In this document: piece after piece, positions 33,191-42,602 of the stretch
Layout of the letters: each line of letters opens with the position of its first letter
Position numbering within the stretch: position 1 is the stretch's first letter
NCBI GenBank assembly: GCA_034521595.1
Contig: JAXHMG010000003.1
Span: forward strand, 1,888,001 to 1,952,000
DNA from: Gemmatimonadota bacterium
GTDB taxonomy: Bacteria > Gemmatimonadota > Gemmatimonadetes > Longimicrobiales > Gaopeijiaceae
Direction of reading: 5' to 3'
DNA length: 64,000 nt
Program-made: the position numbers and the translations under genes
Notes under the pieces: generated by a model
What the model was told of the DNA's origin: nothing
The model's input: the letters and a program-made list of their open reading frames with translations, nothing else
The model's database searches: none

Positions 33191-33257
33191 CGACTCATCC
33201 CCGCGGAAGCGGCGTCCGTGTGAGAGGACACCGGCCGGACGGAGCAGGACACCCACG

Positions 33258-36179
33258 TCAGCCACCACCGCCCTCCGACGGCAAGCCCACGTCCAAGTTT
33301 CTCTGCCGGTAGTCGAACTTGAGGTCCCGATTGTCGGTCAGCGACACTTCGAAGCGGAAGCTCCAGTTGCCGGTCGCCGTCTTCAGGAAATCGAAGTTCG
33401 CCTGCCAGCGGTGCAAGTCACGGGTCAGGCGAATGACGTGGTCGTTGAAGGCACGGGCCTCGAGGTCATAGGCGGTGCGCCAGCTCAGGTCCCAATTCTC
33501 CGTCGGGCGCAGCCGCACGGTGCCACGGACCATCTGGCTGAGGCCGTTGCCCCCGCCCCGGGGCCGCTGCAGCGCATAGGAGAGACTGGCGTTCCACTCG
33601 CCCAAGCCCGACTGCTCCCGCTCGGGGCCGGCCGCCTGACCCTGCCCGCGCCGGTCCCCGCCGGGGATCATCGCCCCCTCCCCGACCATCTCGTCGTCCG
33701 CGAAGGGATCGTCCAGATCGTCCGTCTCTTCCTCGTCGTCGGTCGGTTCCCCGTCGCCCCCGCCGGCGAGGCCGAGCCAGCGGAAGATGTCCGACCGGGA
33801 GCTGACGGAGAATCCGAGGTTGAGCGAGGACAAATGGGGCCGGAAGTCGCGCTCGACGAGCGTGCCGTCGGCGACCGAGTCGGCGAACAGGTCGTGGCGC
33901 ATGGACACGGAAAGCCCCCGCAGGTAGTCCGAGGTGATCCGGCTGCTGAGCTGGGTGGTCTGGAACCCGGCCAGGAAGTGTCCGAGGGAGTCGGCTTCGA
34001 CGAAGTCGTACCGCACGACGTTCGTGTTGAGGCCGAGCAGGGTCACCACGGGGGGACGCTGGATGCGCCGGGGCTCACCGTCGTTCCGGCCGTTCTGGCC
34101 GGCGGTGAGGTCGGTGACCGAGGCCGAGTCGGACGCGACGGCCGTGTCCGCGGCCGCCCCGTTCTCGCTGTCCTCGTCTTCGGGCCGCCGGGCTTCGAAC
34201 GTCTGGTTGAACCCCACGGCTACCACGTTCCGGGGCTGAATGGCCCTCGAGCCGAACACCTGCCGCTGGAGCTCGTCGGGCGTCGCCTCCGGCGTCCATT
34301 CGTAGGTGATCGACGGCGTGATCTTGTGGCGGATGGCGTCGAAGCCTCCGAATCCCGGGAAGAAGCCGTAGACGTCGCTCTTCAGGGTCGCTCCGAGCGA
34401 GACGCGGCTCGGAGCCGCGACGAAATCCGAGGCCAGGCTGGACGTATCCGCCCGGAAGAGGTCTCCGGAGAGCGTGAGATCCGGCGTGAGGGTCGTCGAT
34501 CCGACGAGTCGCTGCTGATAACGGACCGACGCGCTCCAGTTCAGGGTGGCCTGCCCGATGTCGCGCGCGGGCGCCGTCGTGAGCAACTCTTCGGGATCCG
34601 GCTCAGCCTCCGAATCGCTCGGGAGGGCCTCCGGCACGTCGCGCGTCCGAGATTCGGTCAGGCTCACGGACGGGCTGATGCTCAGGTTGCCGAGCCCGAG
34701 GCTCGTTCCCACCGACGCCCTGGTTCGCTCGGTGTCGGCCGTCCCGTACGAGAACGTCTCCTCCTGGAGACGGTCCTCCACGCTGCGCCGGAACCGGGTG
34801 CTGGCGCTCCACGTCATGTTGTTCCAGAATCGCGCCTCCGTGGCGGGGGCCGCGAAGAGCGTGCGTGACGTGAGGGAAAGGTTGGCCTGTGGTAGCGTCC
34901 ACTCGACCCGGTCGTCCGAGAGGTACTGACTCCGATTCGCGTTGAGGGACAGGTTTCCCCAATCGAAGCGGCGGCTGAGCCCCGCGGTCGAAGTGATTTG
35001 CTGCGTCACTTCCCGGGGATCGAACGAGAACTCGCGCACGAAATCGTTCTTGGCGTATCGGGCGGAGACCTGCAGCCGCGTCCGTTCGTCCGGCTGCCAA
35101 TCGTGGTTGGTGTTGAACGCGAACTCCGTGTCTCCCTCGGCCCCCCAGAAGCGTCGCACGTTCACGGAGCCGTTCAGGAACTGACGGTTGAACCGGTACT
35201 GGAACTGGGTTCTCAGACTGAAGAACGTGTCGCTGAACCAGTCCGCGGCGACGAGCGCGTCCGTGTACTCGCTCATGGCCCAGTAGAACCCGAGGTTGCT
35301 GACCCGCCGGCGGTATCCGCTCGACGTGCGCACGATGTCGTTGATGCTGAACTGCGGCGTGAGAAGCCCGGACGCCCGCCCCTGCTCGAGGTCCTGCGCG
35401 ATGAACGGCAGCCACGCGACCGGCACGTCGTCGAAGTAGAGCCGCACGCCGCGCGCCACGAGGATGCGTCCTCCGACCACCTTGATCTGGTCCGACTCGA
35501 AGTGGTAGTGCGGCTCCTCGAGGTCGCACGAGGTGAAGCGGGCGTGCGACATGAAGGTCGAGTCCTGGCCCGCCCACGGCATGTCGCCGGTCATGTACCA
35601 ACGCGTGCCGCCCTCGCTGAACTCGGTCCTCGCTCCGAGCGCCGAGCCCCGCTCCTGGTTCAGATCGTACACCATGTCCGCCGCGTCCACCGGGTCGTTG
35701 TCGGGGGGCGCGAAGGTGGACATGCCCTTCGTGCGCATGAGGCCCGTGGATTCGTCGAAGACGATCGACGAATCCGCCTGCACCTCGATCCCCTCCCGGC
35801 GCACCACGGCCCTTCCCTCCGGCGCGGCCCGGAGGGTGAGAATCCGCTCGCTCGAAACGAAGTCGGCCTCGCCCCCCTCGTACCGCGTGAGCGAGAAGCC
35901 GGGCATCGAGGACAGCGCCGCCAAGACGGTGTCGCCTTCGCTCGCGAGCCCCGGCCGGATCCCCGCCTGCGCCTCCGCCAGGCGGGCCGAGTCCTGCTCG
36001 AAGAGGACGCTGTCGGCCCCCACCGGCCGCGCGAGGCGCCGTAACCGCTCGCGCACACGTTCCTGAGCCGAGTCGGGCGCGGGCTCCTGCTGCGCCAGAA
36101 CCGGAGCGGGCAGGCAGGCGAGCCCGGCCGCGACCGCGGCGACCCAGCATCGTGCCCGCCTGGTCCTACCCCCGGTCAT
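33258..36179 (-). CDS. lptD: LPS assembly protein LptD (putative)
   Basis: Signal peptide, FTSCDLEEPHYHF, GLLTPQF, GFYWAMSEYTD, C-terminal barrel with RDLHRW. Confidence 0.85.
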   Translation of the reverse strand: MTGGRTRRARCWVAAVAAGLACLPAPVLAQQEPAPDSAQERVRERLRRLARPVGADSVLFEQDSARLAEAQAGIRPGLASEGDTVLAALSSMPGFSLTRYEGGEADFVSSERILTLRAAPEGRAVVRREGIEVQADSSIVFDESTGLMRTKGMSTFAPPDNDPVDAADMVYDLNQERGSALGARTEFSEGGTRWYMTGDMPWAGQDSTFMSHARFTSCDLEEPHYHFESDQIKVVGGRILVARGVRLYFDDVPVAWLPFIAQDLEQGRASGLLTPQFSINDIVRTSSGYRRRVSNLGFYWAMSEYTDALVAADWFSDTFFSLRTQFQYRFNRQFLNGSVNVRRFWGAEGDTEFAFNTNHDWQPDERTRLQVSARYAKNDFVREFSFDPREVTQQITSTAGLSRRFDWGNLSLNANRSQYLSDDRVEWTLPQANLSLTSRTLFAAPATEARFWNNMTWSASTRFRRSVEDRLQEETFSYGTADTERTRASVGTSLGLGNLSISPSVSLTESRTRDVPEALPSDSEAEPDPEELLTTAPARDIGQATLNWSASVRYQQRLVGSTTLTPDLTLSGDLFRADTSSLASDFVAAPSRVSLGATLKSDVYGFFPGFGGFDAIRHKITPSITYEWTPEATPDELQRQVFGSRAIQPRNVVAVGFNQTFEARRPEDEDSENGAAADTAVASDSASVTDLTAGQNGRNDGEPRRIQRPPVVTLLGLNTNVVRYDFVEADSLGHFLAGFQTTQLSSRITSDYLRGLSVSMRHDLFADSVADGTLVERDFRPHLSSLNLGFSVSSRSDIFRWLGLAGGGDGEPTDDEEETDDLDDPFADDEMVGEGAMIPGGDRRGQGQAAGPEREQSGLGEWNASLSYALQRPRGGGNGLSQMVRGTVRLRPTENWDLSWRTAYDLEARAFNDHVIRLTRDLHRWQANFDFLKTATGNWSFRFEVSLTDNRDLKFDYRQRNLDVGLPSEGGGG

Positions 36180-37036
36180 TGCTCCTCCGACGAGTCCTTC
36201 CGCTCGACCGCGCCGACAGGAGGTTCTTCGCTCGGTTCGTACTTCTTCCGGTACTCCTCTTCCAGCTCGGCCTCGCGCTTCCGGCGGCCCCGGTAAATGG
36301 CGGCGGACATGAAGATGCCGAGCTCGTAGAGGAGCACGAGCGGAAGCATCATCATGAAGGTCAGGGTGATCGCGTCTCCGGGCGTGATGAAGCTCGCCAG
36401 CACGGTGATCGCCACGATCGCGTGCCGGCGCTTCTCCCTCAGGAACTCGGGTGTCACGAGCCCCATCGCGCTCAGGATCACGATGACGATCGGGAGCTCG
36501 AAGACCGCGCCGAACGCGAAAAGCAGCTTGACCACGAAGCCGAGCGTGTAGTTGATCTCGAGCTGGCCTTCGAGCGACTCCGTCATGAAGCCCTGAAAGA
36601 ACCGCAGGGTCATGGGAAGCGCGGCGAAGTAGGCCAGCGCCACCCCGGCGATGAAGAGGACCAGTCCCAGATACAAGGCCGGCAGAATCGCCCGCTTTTC
36701 CCGCTTATCGAGGGCGGGCGAGAGGAACGCCCAGATGTTGTAGACGAGAATGGGGAAGGCCACGATGATCCCGATATAGATCGCCAACCGGATCATGACG
36801 AAGAACGGATCCGCCGGGGAGAGATAAATGAGCTGAAGGCTCGGATCTTCCCACGCTCGGCGCACGGGCCGCATGAGCAGCTCGAGGGCGTCGTAATAGA
36901 CGACGAGCCCGAAGCCGACGGCCGTGCCGGCGATGATGGCCAGGAGCGTCCAGAGGATGCGCCAACGGAGCTCTTCCAGATGGTCCAGGAAGGGCATCTC
37001 GCCCCGTTCATTTCGATGACGCTTCGGGAATTTCAC
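36176..37036 (-). CDS. tatC: Twin-arginine translocase TatC
   Basis: MPFLDHLEELRWR, SPAL...E, FELP, ITPGD, LYELGI. Confidence 0.96.
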   Translation of the reverse strand: MKFPKRHRNERGEMPFLDHLEELRWRILWTLLAIIAGTAVGFGLVVYYDALELLMRPVRRAWEDPSLQLIYLSPADPFFVMIRLAIYIGIIVAFPILVYNIWAFLSPALDKREKRAILPALYLGLVLFIAGVALAYFAALPMTLRFFQGFMTESLEGQLEINYTLGFVVKLLFAFGAVFELPIVIVILSAMGLVTPEFLREKRRHAIVAITVLASFITPGDAITLTFMMMLPLVLLYELGIFMSAAIYRGRRKREAELEEEYRKKYEPSEEPPVGAVERKDSSEEQ

Positions 37037-37088
37037 GCGCGGGCTCCAAACGGTTTCGACACGGTCACTCCCCGGCTTCCGCGACCGG

Positions 37089-37586
37089 TTAGATCGGCAG
37101 CTCTACCTGGTTTCTGCGGAGCTCCTCGCGTTCCTGAGCCGCAGCCATCTCATCGACGAACTCCTGAAACTCACCCGCGTCCTGGAAGTTCCGGTATACG
37201 GACGCGAATCGCACGTACGCCACGCGGTCCAGCGGGCGCAACAACTCCATGACGAGCGCGCCGAGCTGCACGCTCGGCACTTCCACCGCCGCGGCCTTGG
37301 AAAGCTCGTCCTCGACGCGGTCGACGAGCTCCTCCATGGCCGACCCGGAGACCGGGCGCTTGGCGCACGCGACCTTCACGCTGGAGAGGAGCTTCCCACG
37401 GTCGAAATCCTCGACGGCCCCCGAGCGCTTGAGCACCTGCGTGGCGCGCTCCTCGACGTACTCGTAGGTCGTGAAACGCGCTCCGCAGACGGCGCACTCG
37501 CGTCGGCGCCGGACGGCCCGGCCTCCTCGGCTGGCCCGTGTATCCACCACCCGGTTCTCGGTGGCATCGCACTCGGGACACCGCAT
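37089..37586 (-). CDS. nrdR: Transcriptional repressor NrdR
   Basis: MRCPEC...RRRRECAVCGARFTTYE, ATP cone, AYVRFASVYR. Confidence 0.97.
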   Translation of the reverse strand: MRCPECDATENRVVDTRASRGGRAVRRRRECAVCGARFTTYEYVEERATQVLKRSGAVEDFDRGKLLSSVKVACAKRPVSGSAMEELVDRVEDELSKAAAVEVPSVQLGALVMELLRPLDRVAYVRFASVYRNFQDAGEFQEFVDEMAAAQEREELRRNQVELPI

Positions 37587-37629
37587 GGCTCAGCTCATCG
37601 GTCGTAGCGCTTCCGCGCCGGGAAGGCCA

Positions 37630-38448
37630 CTATCCGATCTCGTCCAGCTTGTCCCGGGCGATCAGGGCGATCGCCGTCTCCGGGTAGGTGTTCACGATGC
37701 GCTCCAGCGTCTGCCGCGCTTCGTCCACGTCGCCCGCTTCGATCTGGAGGAGCGCGATACGGTAGAGCGCATCGGGCACGCGAGCCGAGCCCGGGAAGCG
37801 CTCCTGGACCTCGCGGAACCCTTCGAGCGCCTCTTCCGACTCACCCTGCTGTTCGAGGATGTCGGCGAGGAAGAAGTACGCGTCCGCGGCCCTGTCGTGG
37901 TTCGGGAACTCGTCCAGGAACTGCTCGAAGGCACGCTCGGCGGTGTTCAACGACCCACGCGCGAGCTGCTGCGTCGCCGTCTGCCAGAGCTCGGCCGCGT
38001 CCGACCCACTGACGACCCCCGGGAGTTCCTCGGACACCCCGGCGCCCTCGTCCGTGTCGCCGGGCCGCGCGCCGGCCGCACCTCCACCGCCCGACACCAC
38101 GCGCTGGTTCGCGAGCTGGTCGCCGATCCCGACGATTCGCCGTTGATTCTCACCGGTGAGCGCGCGGATCTGTGCGATCTCGTCCCGCGTCTCCCGGAGC
38201 AGACGCGTGATCTCGCCCCGGAAGTCGAAGAGCTGTCCGGCCTGATTGCTCAACGTGTCCTGCGTGGACGCGGTCGCCTCGCGCAGCTCGGTGATGAGCG
38301 AATCCTGGCGGACCGTCAGCGTACGGATCTCGGCCTGGAGATCGCGGATGTCGCTCTTCATGGCGCACCCGCCAAGCGTGGCGACGGCGGCCACCGCCAG
38401 GAAGGCGCGGGCCGCCGTCGGATATCTCGTTCGCGTCATGTTTGCCAT
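37630..38448 (-). CDS. cpoB: Tol-Pal system protein CpoB/YbgF
   Basis: Lipobox LGGC, coiled coil, C-terminal TPRs; directly after pal. Confidence 0.85.
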   Translation of the reverse strand: MANMTRTRYPTAARAFLAVAAVATLGGCAMKSDIRDLQAEIRTLTVRQDSLITELREATASTQDTLSNQAGQLFDFRGEITRLLRETRDEIAQIRALTGENQRRIVGIGDQLANQRVVSGGGGAAGARPGDTDEGAGVSEELPGVVSGSDAAELWQTATQQLARGSLNTAERAFEQFLDEFPNHDRAADAYFFLADILEQQGESEEALEGFREVQERFPGSARVPDALYRIALLQIEAGDVDEARQTLERIVNTYPETAIALIARDKLDEIG

Positions 38449-38501
38449 GGGTCCCTCCCCCGGTGGTGTTCCGGGGGAGGACACCCGCAAGGGTCGTACC
38501 G

Positions 38502-39098
38502 TCAGTTCGGCGGGTTGATCTGGTTTCCGCCCGCCGTGATCACGAACTCCGCCCGCCGGTTCGCGGCCCAGGCCTCTTCGTTCGAGCCCGTCCGCAGAGG
38601 ACGGCCCTCACCGAACGAGACCGTCTCGAACCGGTTGTCCGAGATCCCGAAGTCCGTCAGGAACTCACGGACCGCTTCGGCGCGGCGGTTTCCGAGCGCG
38701 AGGTTGTACTCGGTCGAGCCCCGCTCGTCGGCATGCCCCTCGATGGTAATCCGCACCTGCGGGCTGGCCCGCAGGATCTGGGCCTTCTCCTGCAGCAGGG
38801 TCTCGGCTTCCGGCCGGATCCTCGACTCGTCGTAGTCGAAGTACACCCGGGCCTCGAGCGTCTCACGCATTTCACGGACGAGCCGCTCGCGCTCGGCGGC
38901 GGCGGCGCTGTCGGCGGCGGCACGGGCGGCGGCGGCTTCGGCCTCACGCTGCGCCGCGGCGACGGAGTCACGGTACCGCTGGAGCGAGTCCTGATCCTGC
39001 TGCGGAGGTTCCGGCGGCGGCGGGGGCGGGTCACCTCCGCACGAACCTGCGACGAACGTGGCGACCAGGACCGACAAGACAAAGCGGCGGACGATCAT
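38502..39098 (-). CDS. pal: Peptidoglycan-associated lipoprotein
   Basis: Lipobox AGSC, VYFDYD, EGHADERGSTEYNLALGNRRA, NRRAEF. Confidence 0.96.
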   Translation of the reverse strand: MIVRRFVLSVLVATFVAGSCGGDPPPPPPEPPQQDQDSLQRYRDSVAAAQREAEAAAARAAADSAAAAERERLVREMRETLEARVYFDYDESRIRPEAETLLQEKAQILRASPQVRITIEGHADERGSTEYNLALGNRRAEAVREFLTDFGISDNRFETVSFGEGRPLRTGSNEEAWAANRRAEFVITAGGNQINPPN

Positions 39099-39269
39099 CC
39101 GTACTCCCGGGTTGAACTTATGGTGTGTATATGCGGTGCCCGCCGTTCGGCCAGGCGACGCAACGAAAGTAACGACCTTTCACGGAGGCGAAAGCCCCTT
39201 TCCATATATGGCCAAAGCGACCGCGACGCAATGGTTTCGGTGCCGCGCGCGCCGCGGGCGGGCGATCGT

Positions 39270-40634
39270 TCACCGCAGTGTCGGAGACCAATCCGGGACC
39301 CCGACCTGGCGGCCGGACATCAGCGCCCGGATCCGTCCGGTGGCGGCGTCCACCACGAAGAGCCCGTAACCCCAGTTCCGCTCGCCCACGAAGACGATGT
39401 GACGCCCGTCCGGGGCCCAGCTCGGATCCTCGTTGTTCCCTTCCGACGTGAGCTGCCGGAGCACCCGCCCACCGTCCTCGAGGTTCGCCACGAGAATGTG
39501 GTACCGGCCCCGCTCGATCCGGCCGTGAAACGTGACCCGGTCCCGGTGCGGCGACCAGTCGGGCGACGTGTAGTACCCGCCGCTACCGTACTCGTAGGGC
39601 GAGAGCGTCTCGGCATCGCCGCCGGACGCCGGCATGAGCATGATCTGCGGCACGGCATCTCCGAAGCGGAGCGTGTTGAACGCCAGCCAATCTCCGTCCG
39701 GCGAGAACGTCGGCGAGAGGTCGTACCAGGGCCCGCCGGAGAGGTACGTGAGGCAGCAGTCACGCTCCACGTCGTACGTGAAGATCCCGCTCTGTCCGCC
39801 GCGTCCCAGCACGGAGAACGCGAGAATCTCGCCGTTCGGATGGTACGCCGGCGTGATGTAGTCTCCGGCTCCCCGCACCTCCGGAATCATGGTCTTCGTC
39901 CCGTCGGCGACGTCGACCTCGTAGATCCGCGGCGTGCCTCCCGCCCACGACGTGAAGGCGATCTTGCTGCCGTCGGGAGACCACGTGGGCGACTCGACCA
40001 GGCTCCCCTCGTTCGTGAGACGACGAAGGTTCTCCCCGTCGGAGTCGATCAGATAGATGTCCTTGTTCCCGTCGCCGTCGGCCATCGTGAACGAGATCCG
40101 ACTCGCCGCCATCCCGGGATCGCCGGTCACCCACCGCACGATCTCGTCGGAGACGCGGTGTACCGCCATGCGGAAATCGGGATCGCCGGCGTCCGGTAGG
40201 CGGAACCGCTCGCGCTCGTTGACCGAGCCGTAAACCACGTCGTGGAGCGAGAGAACGAGCACGTATCCCTCGCCGGCCCCCTCGACCCGGCCGTCCACGA
40301 GCCAGTCGGCGCCCAGCCGGTCCCACAGCGTATAGTCGATGGCGTCGTCCACCATGCCGTCGGGCAGGGAGTCGAGCATCCGAAAGCGGTCGGAATAACG
40401 GAGGTCTCGCCCGATGATCGCCTCGACCTCGGACGCCGCGCCGCCGCCTCCGAGCCGCCCCGAGAACGGCTTGATGCCGAGGGACGGCTGGTACCCGGTT
40501 TCATAGACGAGCCCGAGGCTCACCCCGGGAATCTGATCCGGCTCCTGGGCCGCCGCCGGCGCCGCCAACAGGGTCGCGCCAACCGCCGCGATCCCCACGA
40601 GCACCCTGCTCATCACTCCGCGTCCTTTTCTCAC
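39270..40634 (-). CDS. tolB: TolB beta-propeller protein
   Basis: Repeated SPxWSPDG (PD40) motifs; tol-pal synteny. Confidence 0.92.
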   Translation of the reverse strand: MRKGRGVMSRVLVGIAAVGATLLAAPAAAQEPDQIPGVSLGLVYETGYQPSLGIKPFSGRLGGGGAASEVEAIIGRDLRYSDRFRMLDSLPDGMVDDAIDYTLWDRLGADWLVDGRVEGAGEGYVLVLSLHDVVYGSVNERERFRLPDAGDPDFRMAVHRVSDEIVRWVTGDPGMAASRISFTMADGDGNKDIYLIDSDGENLRRLTNEGSLVESPTWSPDGSKIAFTSWAGGTPRIYEVDVADGTKTMIPEVRGAGDYITPAYHPNGEILAFSVLGRGGQSGIFTYDVERDCCLTYLSGGPWYDLSPTFSPDGDWLAFNTLRFGDAVPQIMLMPASGGDAETLSPYEYGSGGYYTSPDWSPHRDRVTFHGRIERGRYHILVANLEDGGRVLRQLTSEGNNEDPSWAPDGRHIVFVGERNWGYGLFVVDAATGRIRALMSGRQVGVPDWSPTLR

Positions 40635-40641
40635 AGACGTG

Positions 40642-41439
40642 TCACCTCTCCATGCCCCTCGGCCTGAAATTGAACTGAACGGGAAGCCGGTCGAACGGCA
40701 GCTCTTCGGGGAGCGGACCGAACCGGCCCTGCCCCGCGCAATCGATCGCGCCCATCGCTTCGAAGTCGAACGAGGTGTTGCCCGACCGACTCACGAACTC
40801 GATCTCCGTGGCGGTCCCGTCCCGCTGGATCTCGAAGTAAACGGTGGTCTCCCAGTCGCCTTCCTCCCGCCACCGGAAGCAGCGTTGGATTTGCCGAATG
40901 ATGTTGTCGTAATACGCCGGATAGTCGCGTCGAACCCCTTCGAGCCGGACATTGATCCCCTCTCCCGACTCCTCCGCGTCCTCGGGCGGGGTCTCGGTAG
41001 TCGTGGCCGGCGTCGGCTCGTCCTCGGCGGGCGGCTGCGTCTCGTCCCGCGGCGGGGTGGGGTCCGGATCCGGCTCGGGCTCCGGCTCTTGTTCTTCCGG
41101 CTCCGGGTCCTCGGCCTCCGGCTCGGGCTCGTCCTCTTCGGGCTCGGGCTCGGGCTCCTCCGGCTCGGGCTCGGGCGGGGGCGGCGTCTCCTCGGGCTCG
41201 GGCTCGGGCTCGGGCCGGGTCTCTTCCGGCTGCTCGACCACCAGATCCTCCGTGGCGAGCTCCTCCACTTCCGCCTGGGTGGCCGGCGGCGGCGAGACCA
41301 TCTCGATCTCGTACGTGACGAACTCCATGACGTCGGGCTCGTAGAGCGTGCTCGACCAAGCCACGACGAACAGGGCCACGTGCAACACCAGCGAGAGCCC
41401 GAAGGCCTTGCGCTCGAAACGCGGCGGAGGAGCGGCCAT
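40642..41439 (-). CDS. tolA: TolA/TonB-like protein
   Basis: TM with SLVLH (SxxxH), Glu-Pro repeat linker, TonB_C-like domain (SGNTSFDFEA). Confidence 0.82.
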   Translation of the reverse strand: MAAPPPRFERKAFGLSLVLHVALFVVAWSSTLYEPDVMEFVTYEIEMVSPPPATQAEVEELATEDLVVEQPEETRPEPEPEPEETPPPPEPEPEEPEPEPEEDEPEPEAEDPEPEEQEPEPEPDPDPTPPRDETQPPAEDEPTPATTTETPPEDAEESGEGINVRLEGVRRDYPAYYDNIIRQIQRCFRWREEGDWETTVYFEIQRDGTATEIEFVSRSGNTSFDFEAMGAIDCAGQGRFGPLPEELPFDRLPVQFNFRPRGMER

Positions 41440-41445
41440 CGGTCC

Positions 41446-41880
41446 CTACCTCGACCCCGAATAGGGCTCCGCGACGACGGACCAGTTCACCCCGCTGTTC
41501 ACGGCGGTGGACATCGCACGCAACACGGGCCCGTACGGCGCCAGCGAGTCCGCACGGATGTAGATACGCTCCACGCCGCCCACGTCGGTGAGCTGGCCCA
41601 GGCTCTCTTCGAGCTCGTCGAGCGTGACCTCGGTTTCCTCCATGAAGACGGTCCCGTCGCGCATCACGGTGATGAAGAACGGGCTCTCCCGGGAGGTGAT
41701 GGGCTCCACGTCGGCCCGCGGGATCGACACCTCTATGCCACCCTGCAGGATCGGGGCCGTGATGATGAAGATCACGAGGAGGGTGAACGCCACGTCCACC
41801 AGGCTCGTGACGTTGATCTCGGCGTTGACCGGAAGGTCGGACCGTCCGAGCCCTCCCGAGCCGCGTCCCCTCCTCGGCAT
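41446..41880 (-). CDS. tolR: TolR/ExbD
   Basis: EINVTSLVDVAFTLLVIFIITAP, IRAD...YG. Confidence 0.9.
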   Translation of the reverse strand: MPRRGRGSGGLGRSDLPVNAEINVTSLVDVAFTLLVIFIITAPILQGGIEVSIPRADVEPITSRESPFFITVMRDGTVFMEETEVTLDELEESLGQLTDVGGVERIYIRADSLAPYGPVLRAMSTAVNSGVNWSVVAEPYSGSR

Positions 41881-42602
41881 CAGACCCGGCCCTCCCGGGC
41901 CAGGGTTCCGATGAATTCGCTCGAGAAGCCTTCGAGCTCCCCGGTGAACAGGTTGAGCTTCGACACGAAATGGTTATAGGCGATGACCGCGGGGATCGCC
42001 ACGGCCAGCCCGACGACCGTCGTCACCAGCGCCTCCGCGACGCCCGGTGCCACCGCCATGATATTGCTCGATCCCGAGATCGTGATCCCCAGGAAAGCGT
42101 TCATGACACCGATCACCGTGCCCATCAGGCCGAGCAGCGGGGAGACCGATCCGATCACGGCGAGGGAGCCCAGCCCGTGCGCGAGCTCGTCGCGCTCCTC
42201 GGATTCCTCCTTCTCCAGGACCATCCGTAGCGCCTCGAGCTGCGTGAGCGAGAGCCCCTCCGGGGGCGGCCCGCTCTGCCTGAGCGCACCCGGACGCAGC
42301 TCGCTGAAGAAGTTCACGCCCTGCCGAAACACCCGGCCGTACGGCGACTCGGGCAGGGTCAGGATGGCCTTGTAGGCTTCCTCGAGGCGCTGCGCTCGCT
42401 CCATCTGCTCGAGAAAAGCGTCGCCTTGTGCCTGGACATCCCGGAATTGACGCCACTTCAGAAAGATCAGCCACCAGGACATGACCGAGAACACGACCAA
42501 CACCAACAGCACGATCTTGGTGGGGAGCGTTCCCCCCACCACCATCTCGAACGCGTTGGTCGGCGGCGCCGCCTGTAGCAGAAAGAAGTAGGTCGAGCTC
42601 AT
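41880..42602 (-). CDS. tolQ: TolQ/ExbB proton channel
   Basis: SPLLGLMGTVIGVM, VAPGVAEALVTTVVGLAVAIPAV. Confidence 0.92.
   Translation of the reverse strand: MSSTYFFLLQAAPPTNAFEMVVGGTLPTKIVLLVLVVFSVMSWWLIFLKWRQFRDVQAQGDAFLEQMERAQRLEEAYKAILTLPESPYGRVFRQGVNFFSELRPGALRQSGPPPEGLSLTQLEALRMVLEKEESEERDELAHGLGSLAVIGSVSPLLGLMGTVIGVMNAFLGITISGSSNIMAVAPGVAEALVTTVVGLAVAIPAVIAYNHFVSKLNLFTGELEGFSSEFIGTLAREGRV

Noticed and set aside
39099-39269. Riboswitch in the tolB-pal spacer
   Set aside because: AT-richer spacer with a CCATATATGG palindrome that fits an internal pal promoter; no aptamer consensus recognised.
37630-42602. TolQR/TonB genes as an Agl/Glt gliding motor
   Set aside because: The order tolQ-tolR-tolA-tolB-pal-cpoB is the canonical Tol-Pal system.
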